From NCBI GenBank assembly GCA_004144595.1, contig SEEM01000012.1, positions 14,680 to 78,679 on the forward strand: a stretch of DNA of 64,000 nt. Direction: 5' to 3'. Source of the stretch: Hyphomicrobiales bacterium (lineage in GTDB: Bacteria > Pseudomonadota > Alphaproteobacteria > Rhizobiales > Beijerinckiaceae). A model generated the notes under the pieces. The model made no database searches. It was not told the DNA's origin and saw nothing but the letters and a program-made list of their open reading frames with translations. Shown piece by piece: positions 1 to 10,369 of the stretch. Position 1 is the first letter of the stretch, and each line of letters opens with the position of its first letter. The position numbers and the translations under genes are program-made.

Positions 1-1308
1 GACCGGAGAGGATTGCAGCCAGCCGCCTGACGGCGTCGCCGCGATCATGTTGCCCCATTTGTCGATGACGTCGATATGGACGGTGTCGCCCTTGCGGCCG
101 GCGGCGACCATCGAGGCCATGGTCGGTTCGCCGACGCTGGCACCGCCCTGGGTCGGCTGGGCGATGGCACCGAGCGCCTTCATGGCATGCGCGACCTGCG
201 CTTCGTAGCCCGAGACGATGCCGGGGCGCAGCTCCAGCGAGGCGCGCTCGCCGATCAGCCCGCGCCGCCCGGCCGCATAGTCCTCGGAGAGCAGCGTCGT
301 GAGCGGTACCTTCACGAAATCCGGGTCGCCGTAATAGGCCTCGCGGTCGGCGAAGGCGAGCTTCATCGCCTCGACGACGTGATGCACGAATTCGGGGCTC
401 GCCGGGCCCATGCCGGCGAGGTCGACACCCTCCAGGATCTTCAGCGTCTGCAGGAAGGCCGGACCCTGGCCCCACGGCCCGATCTTGAAGACCTCCCAGT
501 CGTGATAGGTCACCGAGGTCGGGGTCTCGTAGGTCGGCTGGTAGTTCGCCATGTCCTGCGCGGTCAGCAGGCCCTTGTTGCGGCGGCCGGACGAATCCAT
601 CACCTCCTGCGTGCGGCAGAACCGGTCCATCGCCTCGGCGACGAAGCCATTGTACCAGGCGTCATAGGCGCCCTGGATCTGCTCCTGGCGGTCGCTGCCC
701 TTGGCCTCCGCTTCGGAGAGGATGCGCTTGTAGGTCTCGGCCGCGGCCTTGTTGGCGAAGAGCTTGCGCGCCTCCGGGACATTGCCGCCGGGCAGGTATA
801 CGGCTCCCGAGGTAGCCCACTCGTTGGTGAAGAGGTCGCTCAACTCGCGGATCGAATCCGAGACGCGCGGCAGCATCGGGTGGCCGTTCTCGAAATAGCC
901 GATCGCGGGTTCGAGGATGTCGCGCAGCTTCAGCCGGCCATGGTCGCGCAGCAGCGTCATCCAGCCGCCGAAGGCGCCGGGGATCACGGTCGCGAGCAGG
1001 CCGGAGCCGGGAATGAGGTCGAGGCCGAGCGCCTTGTAGGCCGCGATGGTCGCCGCTTGAGGAGCCGGCCCCTGCGCGCAGAGCGTCTCGACCTTCTTCG
1101 TCTCGGCCGAATAGAACAGGGCCGGCATGTCGCCGGCCGGGCCGACGAGATGCGGCTCCACCACCTGCAGTACGAAAGCAGCGGCCGCGCAGGCGTCGAA
1201 GGCGTTGCCGCCCTTCTCCAGCATGGCCATGCCGGAGGCGGTGGCGAGCCAGTGCGTCGAGGTCACGACACCGAAGGTGCCGAGAATTTCGGGGCGGGTC
1301 GTGAACAT
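1..1308 (-). CDS. ggt: Gamma-glutamyltransferase family protein (3' end runs off the window)
   Basis: Manual minus-strand translation from ATG at 1308: MFTTRPEILGTFGVVTSTHWLATASGMAMLEKGGNAFDA... and GDTVHIDVIDKWGNMIAATPSGG (catalytic Thr) near the left edge. Absent from the ORF track because there is no stop in the window. Confidence 0.9.
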   Translation of the reverse strand, partial: MFTTRPEILGTFGVVTSTHWLATASGMAMLEKGGNAFDACAAAAFVLQVVEPHLVGPAGDMPALFYSAETKKVETLCAQGPAPQAATIAAYKALGLDLIPGSGLLATVIPGAFGGWMTLLRDHGRLKLRDILEPAIGYFENGHPMLPRVSDSIRELSDLFTNEWATSGAVYLPGGNVPEARKLFANKAAAETYKRILSEAEAKGSDRQEQIQGAYDAWYNGFVAEAMDRFCRTQEVMDSSGRRNKGLLTAQDMANYQPTYETPTSVTYHDWEVFKIGPWGQGPAFLQTLKILEGVDLAGMGPASPEFVHHVVEAMKLAFADREAYYGDPDFVKVPLTTLLSEDYAAGRRGLIGERASLELRPGIVSGYEAQVAHAMKALGAIAQPTQGGASVGEPTMASMVAAGRKGDTVHIDVIDKWGNMIAATPSGGWLQSSPV

Positions 1309-1325
1309 GGGCGTATCCCTGGAGC

Positions 1326-2207
1326 CTAGTTTTCTTTCGGGTCGAGCGCGTCGCGCAGGCCGTCGCCGAGCAGGTTGAAGCCGAGCACGGCAAGGAAGAT
1401 GCAGACGCCGGGCGCCACCGACATCCAAGGCGCCTGCTCCATGAAGTTCTTGGCGACGTTGAGCATCTGTCCCCAGGAGGGCGACGGTGGCTGCTGGCCG
1501 AGGCCGAGGAAGGAGAGGGCGGCTTCCAGGATGATCGCCTGTGCCATGAACAATGTCGATTGCACCACGATGGGGGACAGGGTGTTGGGCAGGACATGGC
1601 GGAACATCAGTCGAAGGTCGCGTGCGCCGACCGCCCGCGCGCCCTCGACGAAATCCTCCGCCTTGACGCTCATCACCTGGCCGCGGATCAGCCGGATGAA
1701 GATCGGCACGGCCGAAAGCCCGATCGCGATCATCGCATTCGTCAGGGAGGGGCCGAGCACCGCCGCGAAGGCGATGGCGAGGATCAGGAAGGGGCAGGCG
1801 AGCAGCGCCTCGGTGACGCGCGAGATCACGATGTCGACCCAGCCGCCATACCAGCCGGCAAGGAGCCCGAAGGGCAGCCCGATCGCGACTGCGATCAGCA
1901 CCGAGACGATGCCGGCGAGCAGCGAGGCCTGCGCCCCATAGAACAGCCGCGTGAACTGGTCGCGGCCGAGTTCGTCCGTGCCGAACCAATAGAGTTCGGA
2001 CGGAGGTTTGCGGATGGCGAGGAAATTGGACTTGAACGGGTCGGCCAGCGGGAGAACCGGTGCAAGCACCGCCATCAGCAGGAAGGCGAGCACGATGCTC
2101 CCGCCGATCAGCGCCGACTTGTTGCGGACCAGCCGGGCAAGAACGCCGGGGCGGGCCTTCACTCCGCTCGCGGCCCCTGTCGAGGAGATGGAATCGAGCG
2201 ACGCCAT
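1326..2207 (-). CDS. Peptide/nickel ABC transporter permease (DppC/OppC-like)
   Basis: FGTDELGRD motif and EAA loop (FVEGARAVGA). Start MASLDS at 2207 overlaps the upstream stop (TGATG). Confidence 0.92.
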   Translation of the reverse strand: MASLDSISSTGAASGVKARPGVLARLVRNKSALIGGSIVLAFLLMAVLAPVLPLADPFKSNFLAIRKPPSELYWFGTDELGRDQFTRLFYGAQASLLAGIVSVLIAVAIGLPFGLLAGWYGGWVDIVISRVTEALLACPFLILAIAFAAVLGPSLTNAMIAIGLSAVPIFIRLIRGQVMSVKAEDFVEGARAVGARDLRLMFRHVLPNTLSPIVVQSTLFMAQAIILEAALSFLGLGQQPPSPSWGQMLNVAKNFMEQAPWMSVAPGVCIFLAVLGFNLLGDGLRDALDPKEN

Positions 2208-3151
2208 CAGCCGGCCCTCAGGCGCGGATTGACGACGACGTAAAGGATATCGGCGATGAGGTTCATCAGGATGAAGCCGATGGCCGTGCACAGCACCACA
2301 CCCTGCACCACGCCATAGTCGCGGTTGAACACGGCATCGACGATCAGCTTGCCGAAGCCGGGGATCGTGAAGACCTGCTCGGTCAGCACCGCGCCGGCCA
2401 GCAACTCGCCGAACAGCAACGTCGTCAGGGTGATGATCGGCATCAGCGCGTTGCGCAGGGCATGGCGATTGACGACCGCATCCTCGTCGAGCCCCTTGGC
2501 GCGGGCGGTTCGGACATAGTCCGAGCGCAGCACCTCAAGCATTGCCGAGCGGGTATGGCGCATCAGGAAGGCGGCGAGCCCGTTGCCGAGCACGAAGGCC
2601 GGCATGATCAGGCGTTTGATCGCCTCCCAAGGGTGCTCGAAGATCGATTCATAGCCTGAAGCCGGCAGCCATTTCAGGTGCACCGAGACCAGCAGGATCA
2701 GCATGATCCCGAACCAGAAATTCGGGATCGACAGCCCCGACAGCGCGACGGCGCTGGCGGAGTAGTCGACGATCGTGCCCTTGCGCCGCGCCGCCAGGAT
2801 GCCGATCGGGATGCCGATGCAGATCGCGACCAGGATGGAGGCGGTGGCGAGCTGGATCGTCACCGGCAGCTTTTGCAGGATCAGCCCGAGCACCGGCTCG
2901 CCTGTGCGCAGTGAGCGGCCGAAATCGCCCTGCACGACCTGCCCGAGCCAGGCGAAGAACTGGACGACGATCGGATCGTCCAGGCGGTAGATCTCGCGCA
3001 GCCGCGCGATCACCTCCGGGTCGCGTTCCTCGCCGGCGATGACGAGGAACGGGTCACCCGGCAGCGCGCGCTGCAGGGCGAAGACGAAGAGAGATACCAG
3101 GAAGAGGGTCGGTATCGCGATCAGGAAGCGGCGGAGGATGAGCGTGGCCAT
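2207..3151 (-). CDS. Peptide/nickel ABC transporter permease (DppB/OppB-like)
   Basis: GDFGRS, DYVRTARAKGL, HALRNAL and RDYGVVQG motifs. Confidence 0.93.
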   Translation of the reverse strand: MATLILRRFLIAIPTLFLVSLFVFALQRALPGDPFLVIAGEERDPEVIARLREIYRLDDPIVVQFFAWLGQVVQGDFGRSLRTGEPVLGLILQKLPVTIQLATASILVAICIGIPIGILAARRKGTIVDYSASAVALSGLSIPNFWFGIMLILLVSVHLKWLPASGYESIFEHPWEAIKRLIMPAFVLGNGLAAFLMRHTRSAMLEVLRSDYVRTARAKGLDEDAVVNRHALRNALMPIITLTTLLFGELLAGAVLTEQVFTIPGFGKLIVDAVFNRDYGVVQGVVLCTAIGFILMNLIADILYVVVNPRLRAG

Positions 3152-3181
3152 GATGGGCCACCTCTCAGAGCATGAGCGTCG

Positions 3182-4687
3182 TCACGAGCGCTTCAGCCCG
3201 GCCAGCCGGATCATGCCGTCCGGATTGATCGCGAAGCCCTGCATGTTGGAGCGCATCGCGAAGAACACCGTCTGGTTGTAGAGGTAGATGATCGGAAGCT
3301 CGTCCTGCAGGATCTTCTGCGCGGCATCGTAGCGCTTTTTGCGCTCGGCCGGCTCGTAGATCGTGCGGGCCTCGTCGAGCAGCTTGTCGACCTCGGCATT
3401 GGCGTATTTGCCGTCGTTCTGGTTGCCCTTCGAATGCGCAAAGGGGTGGATGTTGCCGTCGGGGTCGATGCGGCCGGACCAGCCGACGCGGCTCATCTGG
3501 AACTTGCCCTGCTGCTGGTCGCGCAGCTGACTGGCGAACTCCGTCGAGCGGATCTGGATGTCGATGCCGGCTTCCTGCGCCATCGCCTGGATCACCTGGC
3601 CGAGCTGGGCGTCGACCGGGTTGTTGGTGACGAAGAGCTCGACCGAGACCTTGGACTGCCCGGCTTCCTTCAGCAGCGCCTTAGCCTTGGCGACGTCGCG
3701 GGCCGGCACCGGCAGATCGGCGCTGACATAGAAATTGCCGGGGTTGAAAGGCTGGTTCGACGGGGCATAAAGACCCTCGAACACCACCTGACTCATCACC
3801 TTGCGGTCGATCGACAGCGAGAGCGCCTGGCGCACGCGCTTGTCCTTGCCCATCGGCTGGTTGGCTGCCTCGCCATTATTGGTGTTGATGGTGATGCCCT
3901 GGTAGCCGAGATTGGCGATGCTCTCGATCTTCAGCGACTTGTCCGACTGAGCCGATTTCACGTCGGTCGGGGCCAGCCGCTCCAGCATGTCGAGCTCGCC
4001 CGAGCGCAGATTGGCGAGGCGAACCGTCGTGTCGGGGATCGAGCGGTAGAGCACGCGGTCGAAATTGTACTTGTCGGCCTCCCAATGCTCCTTGAACTTT
4101 TCCAGAACGATCCGGTCGTTCTGCACGCGCTCGACGAATTTGTAGGGGCCGGAGCAAATCGGCTTCGCCGCGACGTCGCCGGAGAGCGTCTTGGGCGAGA
4201 GCATCATGCCAGCACGGTCGGTGAGCTGCGAAAGCAGCGTCGCGTCTTGACGCTTAAGCTTGATCACGAGGGTCGTGGCGTCCGGCGCCTCGATGGTATC
4301 GACCGAGGCAAGCTCGGCCTTGCGCAGCGAGTCGGGCAGGGTGCGGGCACGCTCCAGATTGGCCTTGGCGGCTTCGGCGTTGAAGGCCTCGCCGTCATGG
4401 AACTTGGCATCGCTGCGCAGCTTCATGGTCAGCGTCAGGCCGTCCGTAGAGAAGTTCCACTCCGTCGCCAGCCGCGGGACCAGCTTCAATTCCGGCGTGA
4501 TGTCGACCAGCCGGTCGCAAAGGCCCATGAAAACGATGCGGCCGACGAAGGTGCGCGCCTTGTGCGGGTCGAGCATGTCGGGGTCTTCCTGCAGCCCGAT
4601 CCGCAGGGTGGACGGGGCCTGGGCCAGGGCCGGCAACGTCGCGAGCGCGAGCGCGGCAGCCGAGATCGCAACCTTCAACAGCTTCAT
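3182..4687 (-). CDS. ABC transporter substrate-binding protein, family 5
   Basis: Signal peptide MKLLKVAISAAALALATLPALA; LDPH, KFHDG and GPYKFV motifs. Confidence 0.92.
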   Translation of the reverse strand: MKLLKVAISAAALALATLPALAQAPSTLRIGLQEDPDMLDPHKARTFVGRIVFMGLCDRLVDITPELKLVPRLATEWNFSTDGLTLTMKLRSDAKFHDGEAFNAEAAKANLERARTLPDSLRKAELASVDTIEAPDATTLVIKLKRQDATLLSQLTDRAGMMLSPKTLSGDVAAKPICSGPYKFVERVQNDRIVLEKFKEHWEADKYNFDRVLYRSIPDTTVRLANLRSGELDMLERLAPTDVKSAQSDKSLKIESIANLGYQGITINTNNGEAANQPMGKDKRVRQALSLSIDRKVMSQVVFEGLYAPSNQPFNPGNFYVSADLPVPARDVAKAKALLKEAGQSKVSVELFVTNNPVDAQLGQVIQAMAQEAGIDIQIRSTEFASQLRDQQQGKFQMSRVGWSGRIDPDGNIHPFAHSKGNQNDGKYANAEVDKLLDEARTIYEPAERKKRYDAAQKILQDELPIIYLYNQTVFFAMRSNMQGFAINPDGMIRLAGLKRS

Positions 4688-4986
4688 GATCTTCCCCTCG
4701 TTCCGGACGGTTGTCGGCGAACGTTCCCGCCGCATCCGCAGCGGGTCGTCCAGCTCAATTCGTTCCTCATGGCACTAATCTGACTCAGATCGCGGGCGCC
4801 GTCGATGATGCGCTGCATCAATTCTCAGGCAGCCGTGCCTGCTGGTTAGGCAGAGGCAATTCGCAGCAAACCGGGGTTCCATGTCCGGGAAGGACGTGCA
4901 CGATGCGGCGATGGCGGTCGCCTCAGCAGGCGGCGGGCCCTAGAACGACACGGGGGAAGCCCGCTTGGGCCTGAGGGAGATTGGAC

Positions 4987-6252
4987 ATGCTGCTGGGCGT
5001 GATCGCCGACGACATGACGGGCGCGACCGATGTCGCGCTGATGCTGAACCGGGCGGGCATGCGGACTGTGCAAGTCATCGGCGTGCCCCCGGTGGGTTCC
5101 GCCTTGCCGGAGGCCGATGCCGTCGTCGTCGCGCTGAAATCGCGGACCAACCCGGTCACTGAGGCCGTCGCGGAGTCCCTCGCCGCCTGCGAGGCGCTGC
5201 TCGCGGCCGGCGCGCGGCAGATCCTGTTCAAATACTGCTCGACCTTCGATTCGACTGCGCAGGGCAATATCGGGCCGGTGGCGAATGCGCTGGCGGAGCG
5301 TTTGGGCGCCAGGCTCGCCATCGTCTGCCCGGCTTTCCCGGCCAATGGCCGCTCGATCTATCAGGGCTATCTCTTCGTCGGCGCGGTGCCCCTGCACGAA
5401 AGCTCGATGAAGGATCACCCGCTGACGCCGATGCGCGATTCCAGCTTGATGCGATTGATGTCGGCACAGGCGAAGACCGAGACCGGCCTCGTCGACTACG
5501 CCACTGTGCTCGGCGGCCCTTCCTCGGTGAGAGCGCGCCTCGCGAAGCTTGAGGCCGACGGCATCCGCTATGCCGTCACCGACGCGCTGACCAACGAGGA
5601 CCTGATGACGCTCGGCCATGCCGTGTCCGAACACGTCCTGCTGACCGGTGGCTCGGGCATCGCAATGGGCCTGCCGCAGAATTTCCGCCGCGCCGGCCTC
5701 CTGCCGGAACGCCCCGGTCCAGAAGAATTGAACGCGCCGGCCGGCCGCGCCGGCATCATCTCCGGCAGTTGCTCGACGGCGACGCGCGGCCAGATCAACG
5801 CGGCGCTGGACGCCGGCTTTCCCGCGCTGAAGGTCGATCCCTTCGCCCTGGTCGATGGCAGGCAGGATGCCGCCGGCCTCGCCGACTGGGCGCTGGCACA
5901 GCCGGCCGACAAGCCGTTTCTCGTCTATTCCAGCGACGATCCGGCCGAGGTCGCGGCGGTGCAGGACAAGCTTGGGCGCGAGAAAGCCGGCAGCATCGTC
6001 GAACACGCCTTCGCGGACCTGGCGCGCCTTCTTGCCGAAGGCGGTGTGACGCGGCTTCTCGTCGCGGGCGGCGAGACCTCGGGCGCGGCCGTTCTGGGGC
6101 TGGGCATCCGCACGCTGGAGATCGGCCCCGAGATCGACCCCGGCGTGCCGTGGACACGCGTTGTCGACGGGCCGGAGATGGTCGTAGCGCTGAAATCCGG
6201 CAATTTCGGCGCGCCGGATTTCTTCCTGAAAGCCTGGGACCTGCTGCGCTGA
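4987..6252 (+). CDS. otnK: 3-oxo-tetronate kinase (four-carbon acid sugar kinase family)
   Basis: LGVIADDMTGATD, FKYCSTFDST, GGETSG and LKSGNFG motifs. Confidence 0.85.
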   Translation: MLLGVIADDMTGATDVALMLNRAGMRTVQVIGVPPVGSALPEADAVVVALKSRTNPVTEAVAESLAACEALLAAGARQILFKYCSTFDSTAQGNIGPVANALAERLGARLAIVCPAFPANGRSIYQGYLFVGAVPLHESSMKDHPLTPMRDSSLMRLMSAQAKTETGLVDYATVLGGPSSVRARLAKLEADGIRYAVTDALTNEDLMTLGHAVSEHVLLTGGSGIAMGLPQNFRRAGLLPERPGPEELNAPAGRAGIISGSCSTATRGQINAALDAGFPALKVDPFALVDGRQDAAGLADWALAQPADKPFLVYSSDDPAEVAAVQDKLGREKAGSIVEHAFADLARLLAEGGVTRLLVAGGETSGAAVLGLGIRTLEIGPEIDPGVPWTRVVDGPEMVVALKSGNFGAPDFFLKAWDLLR

Positions 6253-6316
6253 TGCCCGATTTGCCTGCGCTGAATCTCGTATAGGATCAGCCTGCGAACT
6301 GGGAGCCGGCGCGAAT

Positions 6317-7645
6317 ATGGCATTTCTGGGCGAACTTCTGACCAACGTGGCGGATCGCGGCCGCGCGCTGATCGGCTTCGAGCGTTTCCTCGGCAATCGC
6401 TCGCGCCCGATCGACAAGCTCTGCGAGGACCTGCTCTCCGGCCGCGGCGAGGCCTCGGGCATGGCGCTGGCGCAGGCCGTGCTGGAAGCCTGGCAGGGGC
6501 TCGACAAGCCCGGCCGGCTCGCCTTCTTCACCATGCTTCGGGAGCGTTTCGGCCCCGATCACGACCGGCTCGACAAGGCGATCGAAGCCTATCGCGCCAA
6601 GCCCTCGCCGGCGACGGTCGCCGAACTGCATAAGGCTTCCGAACCGCGCCGGCAGGAACTGTTCCGCCGCCTGAACCTCGCGCCCGAGGGCACGCCTGTG
6701 CTGGTGCGGATGCGCGAGGCCCTGTTCGAGGCGATATCGGTCGAGCCGGAGCTGAAGGGCATCGACGAGGATTTCCGCCATCTCTTCGGCTCCTGGTTCA
6801 ACCGCGGTTTCCTCGTCCTGCGCCGGATCGACTGGCGCACGCCCGCCAATGTGCTGGAGAAGATCATCCGCTATGAGGCGGTGCACGAGATTCAGGGCTG
6901 GGACGATCTCCGGCGCCGGCTGGAGCCGGCGGACCGGCGCTGCTTCGCCTTTTTCCACCCGCAGCTCGTCGACGACCCCCTGATCTTCGTCGAGGTCGCG
7001 CTGACCGGCGACATCCCGCGCAGCATCGGCGAAGTGCTGGAGCCCGAGCGCGAGGTGCTGCCGGCACAGGCTGCGACGACGGCGGTGTTCTATTCGATCT
7101 CGAACTGCCAGGAGGGCCTGCGCGGCATCTCCTTCGGCAATTTCCTGATCAAGCAGGTCGCCGAGGACCTGAAGCGCGAATTGCCGGGGCTGGATACATT
7201 CGTCACGCTCTCGCCGGTGCCCGGCTTCGCGCGCTGGCTTTCCGGCATCGCCGACGATCCCGGCGATTTCGCTCTGACCAACGAGGAGCGTGCCGAACTC
7301 GCCCGCCCGGCCGGCGAGACGATCTCGCTCGACGATGCCACGAAGGCGCGCCGCGACAAGCTGCTCGGCCAGATGACGGCGCAGTACATGCTGCGCGCCC
7401 GCACCGCCTCGGGCCGCGTCATCGACCCGGTCGCGCGCTTCCATCTCGGTAACGGCGCGCGGCTGGAGCGCATCAATGTCGGCGGCAATCTCTCGGCGCG
7501 GGGCCTGCGCGAGTCGCATGGGGTGATGGTCAATTACCGCTACGAGCTCGACGATATCGAGACCAATCACGAGGCCTTCGCCACCCGCAACACGGTGGTG
7601 GCCTCCTCCAGCGTGCGCAAGCTGCTGCGCCCTGCTACGAGCTGA
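6317..7645 (+). CDS. matA: Malonyl-CoA decarboxylase
   Basis: YEAVHEI, FYSISNCQEGLRGISFGNFLIKQV, TLSPVPGF and DPVARFHLGNGA motifs. Confidence 0.93.
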   Translation: MAFLGELLTNVADRGRALIGFERFLGNRSRPIDKLCEDLLSGRGEASGMALAQAVLEAWQGLDKPGRLAFFTMLRERFGPDHDRLDKAIEAYRAKPSPATVAELHKASEPRRQELFRRLNLAPEGTPVLVRMREALFEAISVEPELKGIDEDFRHLFGSWFNRGFLVLRRIDWRTPANVLEKIIRYEAVHEIQGWDDLRRRLEPADRRCFAFFHPQLVDDPLIFVEVALTGDIPRSIGEVLEPEREVLPAQAATTAVFYSISNCQEGLRGISFGNFLIKQVAEDLKRELPGLDTFVTLSPVPGFARWLSGIADDPGDFALTNEERAELARPAGETISLDDATKARRDKLLGQMTAQYMLRARTASGRVIDPVARFHLGNGARLERINVGGNLSARGLRESHGVMVNYRYELDDIETNHEAFATRNTVVASSSVRKLLRPATS

Positions 7646-7674
7646 TACGGAAACGCCTGAAAGGACCCGAAATC

Positions 7675-9222
7675 ATGGGCAATCACCTCTTCGACCTGAT
7701 CCGCTCGCGCGTGCCGGCGCCTGACGCGCCCTTCGCGCTGCTCGATGACGGGCGCCGCTACAGCTATGCCGACATGATCGACGTCTCCGGACGCTTCGCC
7801 AATGCGCTGGTCGATCTGGGCGTGAAGCCGGGGGACCGCGTCGCCGTGCAGGTCGAGAAGAGCATCGAGGCCCTGATGCTCTATCTCGGCACGGTGCGGG
7901 CCGGCGCGATCTTCCTGCCGCTCAACACCGCCTATACGCCGGCCGAGATCGAGTATTTCCTCGGCGACGCGCAGCCGGCCGTGTTCGTCTGCGACCCCTC
8001 GAAGGTCGAAGCGCTACGGCCCTATGCCGAGGCTGCCGGCGCGAAGCTGGAGACGCTCGGCGTCTGGCGCTCGCCCGATGTCTCTGCCGGCACGCTCGCG
8101 GACAAGGTTCTCGCGACTTCGGCGGCCTTCGCGGATGTCGATCGCGGCCCGGACGACCTCGCCGCGATCCTCTACACCTCCGGCACGACAGGGCGCTCTA
8201 AGGGCGCGATGCTGAGCCACGACAACCTGTCGTCCAATGCGCTGGCGCTGGTTGATTACTGGCGCTTCACGAAGGGCGACGTGCTGCTGCACGCCCTGCC
8301 GATCTTCCACACCCACGGCCTCTTCGTCGCGACGAATGTGATCCTCATGTCCGGCGCCTCGATGATCCTGCTGCCCCGGTTCGATCCGGAGCAGGTCTTC
8401 AAATACCTGCCCCAGGTGACGAGCATGATGGGCGTGCCGACCTTCTACGTCCGGCTGCTCCAGGACGCTCGCCTCACCAAAGAGGCGACCAGGCATATGC
8501 GCCTCTTCGTCTCCGGTTCGGCGCCGCTGCTGGCCGAGACGCATCGCGAGTGGAGCGAGAAGACCGGCCACGCCATCCTCGAGCGCTACGGCATGACCGA
8601 GACCAACATGAACACCTCGAACCCCTATGAGGGGGATCGGGTCGCAGGCACGGTCGGCTTCCCGCTGCCGGGCGTCTCTGCCCGCGTGACCGATCCCGAG
8701 ACCGGCAGGAAGATCGCCCGCGACGAGATCGGCATGATCGAGGTCAAGGGTCCCAACGTCTTCAAGGGCTATTGGCGCAATCCCGAGAAGACGGCAGCCG
8801 AGTTCCGGCCGGACGGCTTCTTCATCACCGGCGACCTCGGCAAGATCGACCCCGCCGGCTACGTCCATATCGTCGGGCGCGGCAAGGACCTGATCATCAC
8901 CGGCGGCTACAACGTCTACCCAAAGGAAGTCGAGACCGAGATCGACGAGATGCCGGGCGTGATCGAGAGTGCCGTCATCGGCGTGCCGCATCCGGATTTC
9001 GGCGAGGGCGTCACCGCCGTCGTGGTCTGCAAGCCCGGCGCCGATGTCACCGCGAAGAGCATCGCGACAGTGCTGGAGCAGCGGCTCGCCAAGTTCAAGC
9101 AGCCCAAGCAGGTCTTCGTCGTCGCCGAACTGCCGCGCAACACCATGGGCAAGGTCCAGAAGAACCTGCTGCGCGAGCAGTACAAGGACATCTACGCCAA
9201 GCAGCTGAAGGCGGGGGAGTAA
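7675..9222 (+). CDS. matB: Malonate--CoA ligase (malonyl-CoA synthetase)
   Basis: YTSGTTGRSKG, ERYGMTETNMNTSNPY and PRNTMGKVQK motifs; adjacent to malonyl-CoA decarboxylase. Confidence 0.92.
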   Translation: MGNHLFDLIRSRVPAPDAPFALLDDGRRYSYADMIDVSGRFANALVDLGVKPGDRVAVQVEKSIEALMLYLGTVRAGAIFLPLNTAYTPAEIEYFLGDAQPAVFVCDPSKVEALRPYAEAAGAKLETLGVWRSPDVSAGTLADKVLATSAAFADVDRGPDDLAAILYTSGTTGRSKGAMLSHDNLSSNALALVDYWRFTKGDVLLHALPIFHTHGLFVATNVILMSGASMILLPRFDPEQVFKYLPQVTSMMGVPTFYVRLLQDARLTKEATRHMRLFVSGSAPLLAETHREWSEKTGHAILERYGMTETNMNTSNPYEGDRVAGTVGFPLPGVSARVTDPETGRKIARDEIGMIEVKGPNVFKGYWRNPEKTAAEFRPDGFFITGDLGKIDPAGYVHIVGRGKDLIITGGYNVYPKEVETEIDEMPGVIESAVIGVPHPDFGEGVTAVVVCKPGADVTAKSIATVLEQRLAKFKQPKQVFVVAELPRNTMGKVQKNLLREQYKDIYAKQLKAGE

Positions 9223-9287
9223 CGGCCCGCCGCGTTGCCCTCGGGCGAGGCAGCTTGTCTCGCCTGATCAGAACCCGACGACAAGGG

Positions 9288-9442
9288 CGCGGGGAACCCT
9301 CTCCTGTAAGGAGAGGGCAGGGGAGGTGTAGGCCCCTGGACCAGTGGCGCGCACGCTCACCGCGCGGCCGGGCTCAGGCCAACGTTTCTGCTCCCGAACA
9401 CCTCACCCCCACCCCTCTCCTTTCAGGAGAGGGGATCCCGCG
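9288..9442. repeat. REP-like inverted repeat pair (CCCTCTCC...GGAGAGGG class) between convergent genes
   Basis: 9288-9329 (CGCGGGGAACCCTCTCCTGTAAGGAGAGGGCAGGGGAGGTGT) is an imperfect inverted copy of 9398-9442, and each arm is itself a hairpin. Confidence 0.85.
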
Positions 9443-9463
9443 TTTGATTTTGTCGCCGAGCGC

Positions 9464-10228
9464 CTAAACCAGCGCGGGCACGCCGAGCTCGATCGTCTCG
9501 CCATCAGCGGGGATGCGCAGGCGCCGCGTGTCGACGCCGCGCGCCTTCGCTGCCTTGCGCAGCGCCGAGCGGCTGACGGTGGCGTGGTCGAGCGCTTCCA
9601 TATGCGTCGCGATCACGGTTGCAAGCGGGAAGGCCTCGGCGAGATCGAGCGTCTGTTCGGCGTCCATCACGATCAGCGTGTCGTCCCACATCGCCCCGCA
9701 GGAATGCGTGACGATCACGTCCGGCCCCGTCACGGTCGCAGCATCGCGCAGCGGTGGATAGAGCACGCTGTCGCCGCACCAGTAGAGCGTCGGCTCGCCC
9801 GGCGCCTCGAAGCTCAGGCCCATCACCGGCCCCATCTTGTCGATGACGGCGCCGGTGCCGTGCTGGGCTGGATGCCGCTTCAGGATGATCGGCCCCAGCC
9901 TGATGAAGCAGTCGATCGCGGTGATCGAGGAAAAGCCGGCCTGTCCGATCGCTGCCTCGTCGCCGGGTTGGCAGATGATTGGCAGGTTCTTAGGCAGGCG
10001 TTCCTTGGCAACCTCGTCGAAATGGTCGGCATGAAGATGCGAGACGATCACGGTATCGACCCCCGCGACGATGTTCTCGATCGGCTCGGGTAGCTCCACC
10101 ATCGGGTTCTCGGAGCGCCCGGTGAAAGAGCGGCGGTTATGCCGCGGACCGAAATCCGGGTCGATCAGGAAGGTCCTGCCGCCGAAATCGAGCTTCAGCG
10201 TCGCGTTGCGGATAAGTTTGAGCTTCAT
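9464..10228 (-). CDS. MBL-fold metallo-hydrolase
   Basis: LIRNAT, LIDP, SHLHADH (HxHxDH) and HMEALDH motifs; start MKLKLIR at 10228. Confidence 0.88.
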   Translation of the reverse strand: MKLKLIRNATLKLDFGGRTFLIDPDFGPRHNRRSFTGRSENPMVELPEPIENIVAGVDTVIVSHLHADHFDEVAKERLPKNLPIICQPGDEAAIGQAGFSSITAIDCFIRLGPIILKRHPAQHGTGAVIDKMGPVMGLSFEAPGEPTLYWCGDSVLYPPLRDAATVTGPDVIVTHSCGAMWDDTLIVMDAEQTLDLAEAFPLATVIATHMEALDHATVSRSALRKAAKARGVDTRRLRIPADGETIELGVPALV

Positions 10229-10369
10229 ATCCGTCGGCTCCTCGGCAACCCGGTCTCCGGGCGGGCATTGTTTCGCCCGCGCGGCGACGAGACCAGTTCC
10301 GATTTGTGAAGCTTTTTCCACGTTCGCGTGGTGTATCACCTTCCATCGGGCGACAGGCCGCGCCCTCGC

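Noticed and set aside
76-1329. 417-aa + strand ORF
   Set aside because: Exact antisense register of the GGT gene, which the track missed because it has no stop in the window
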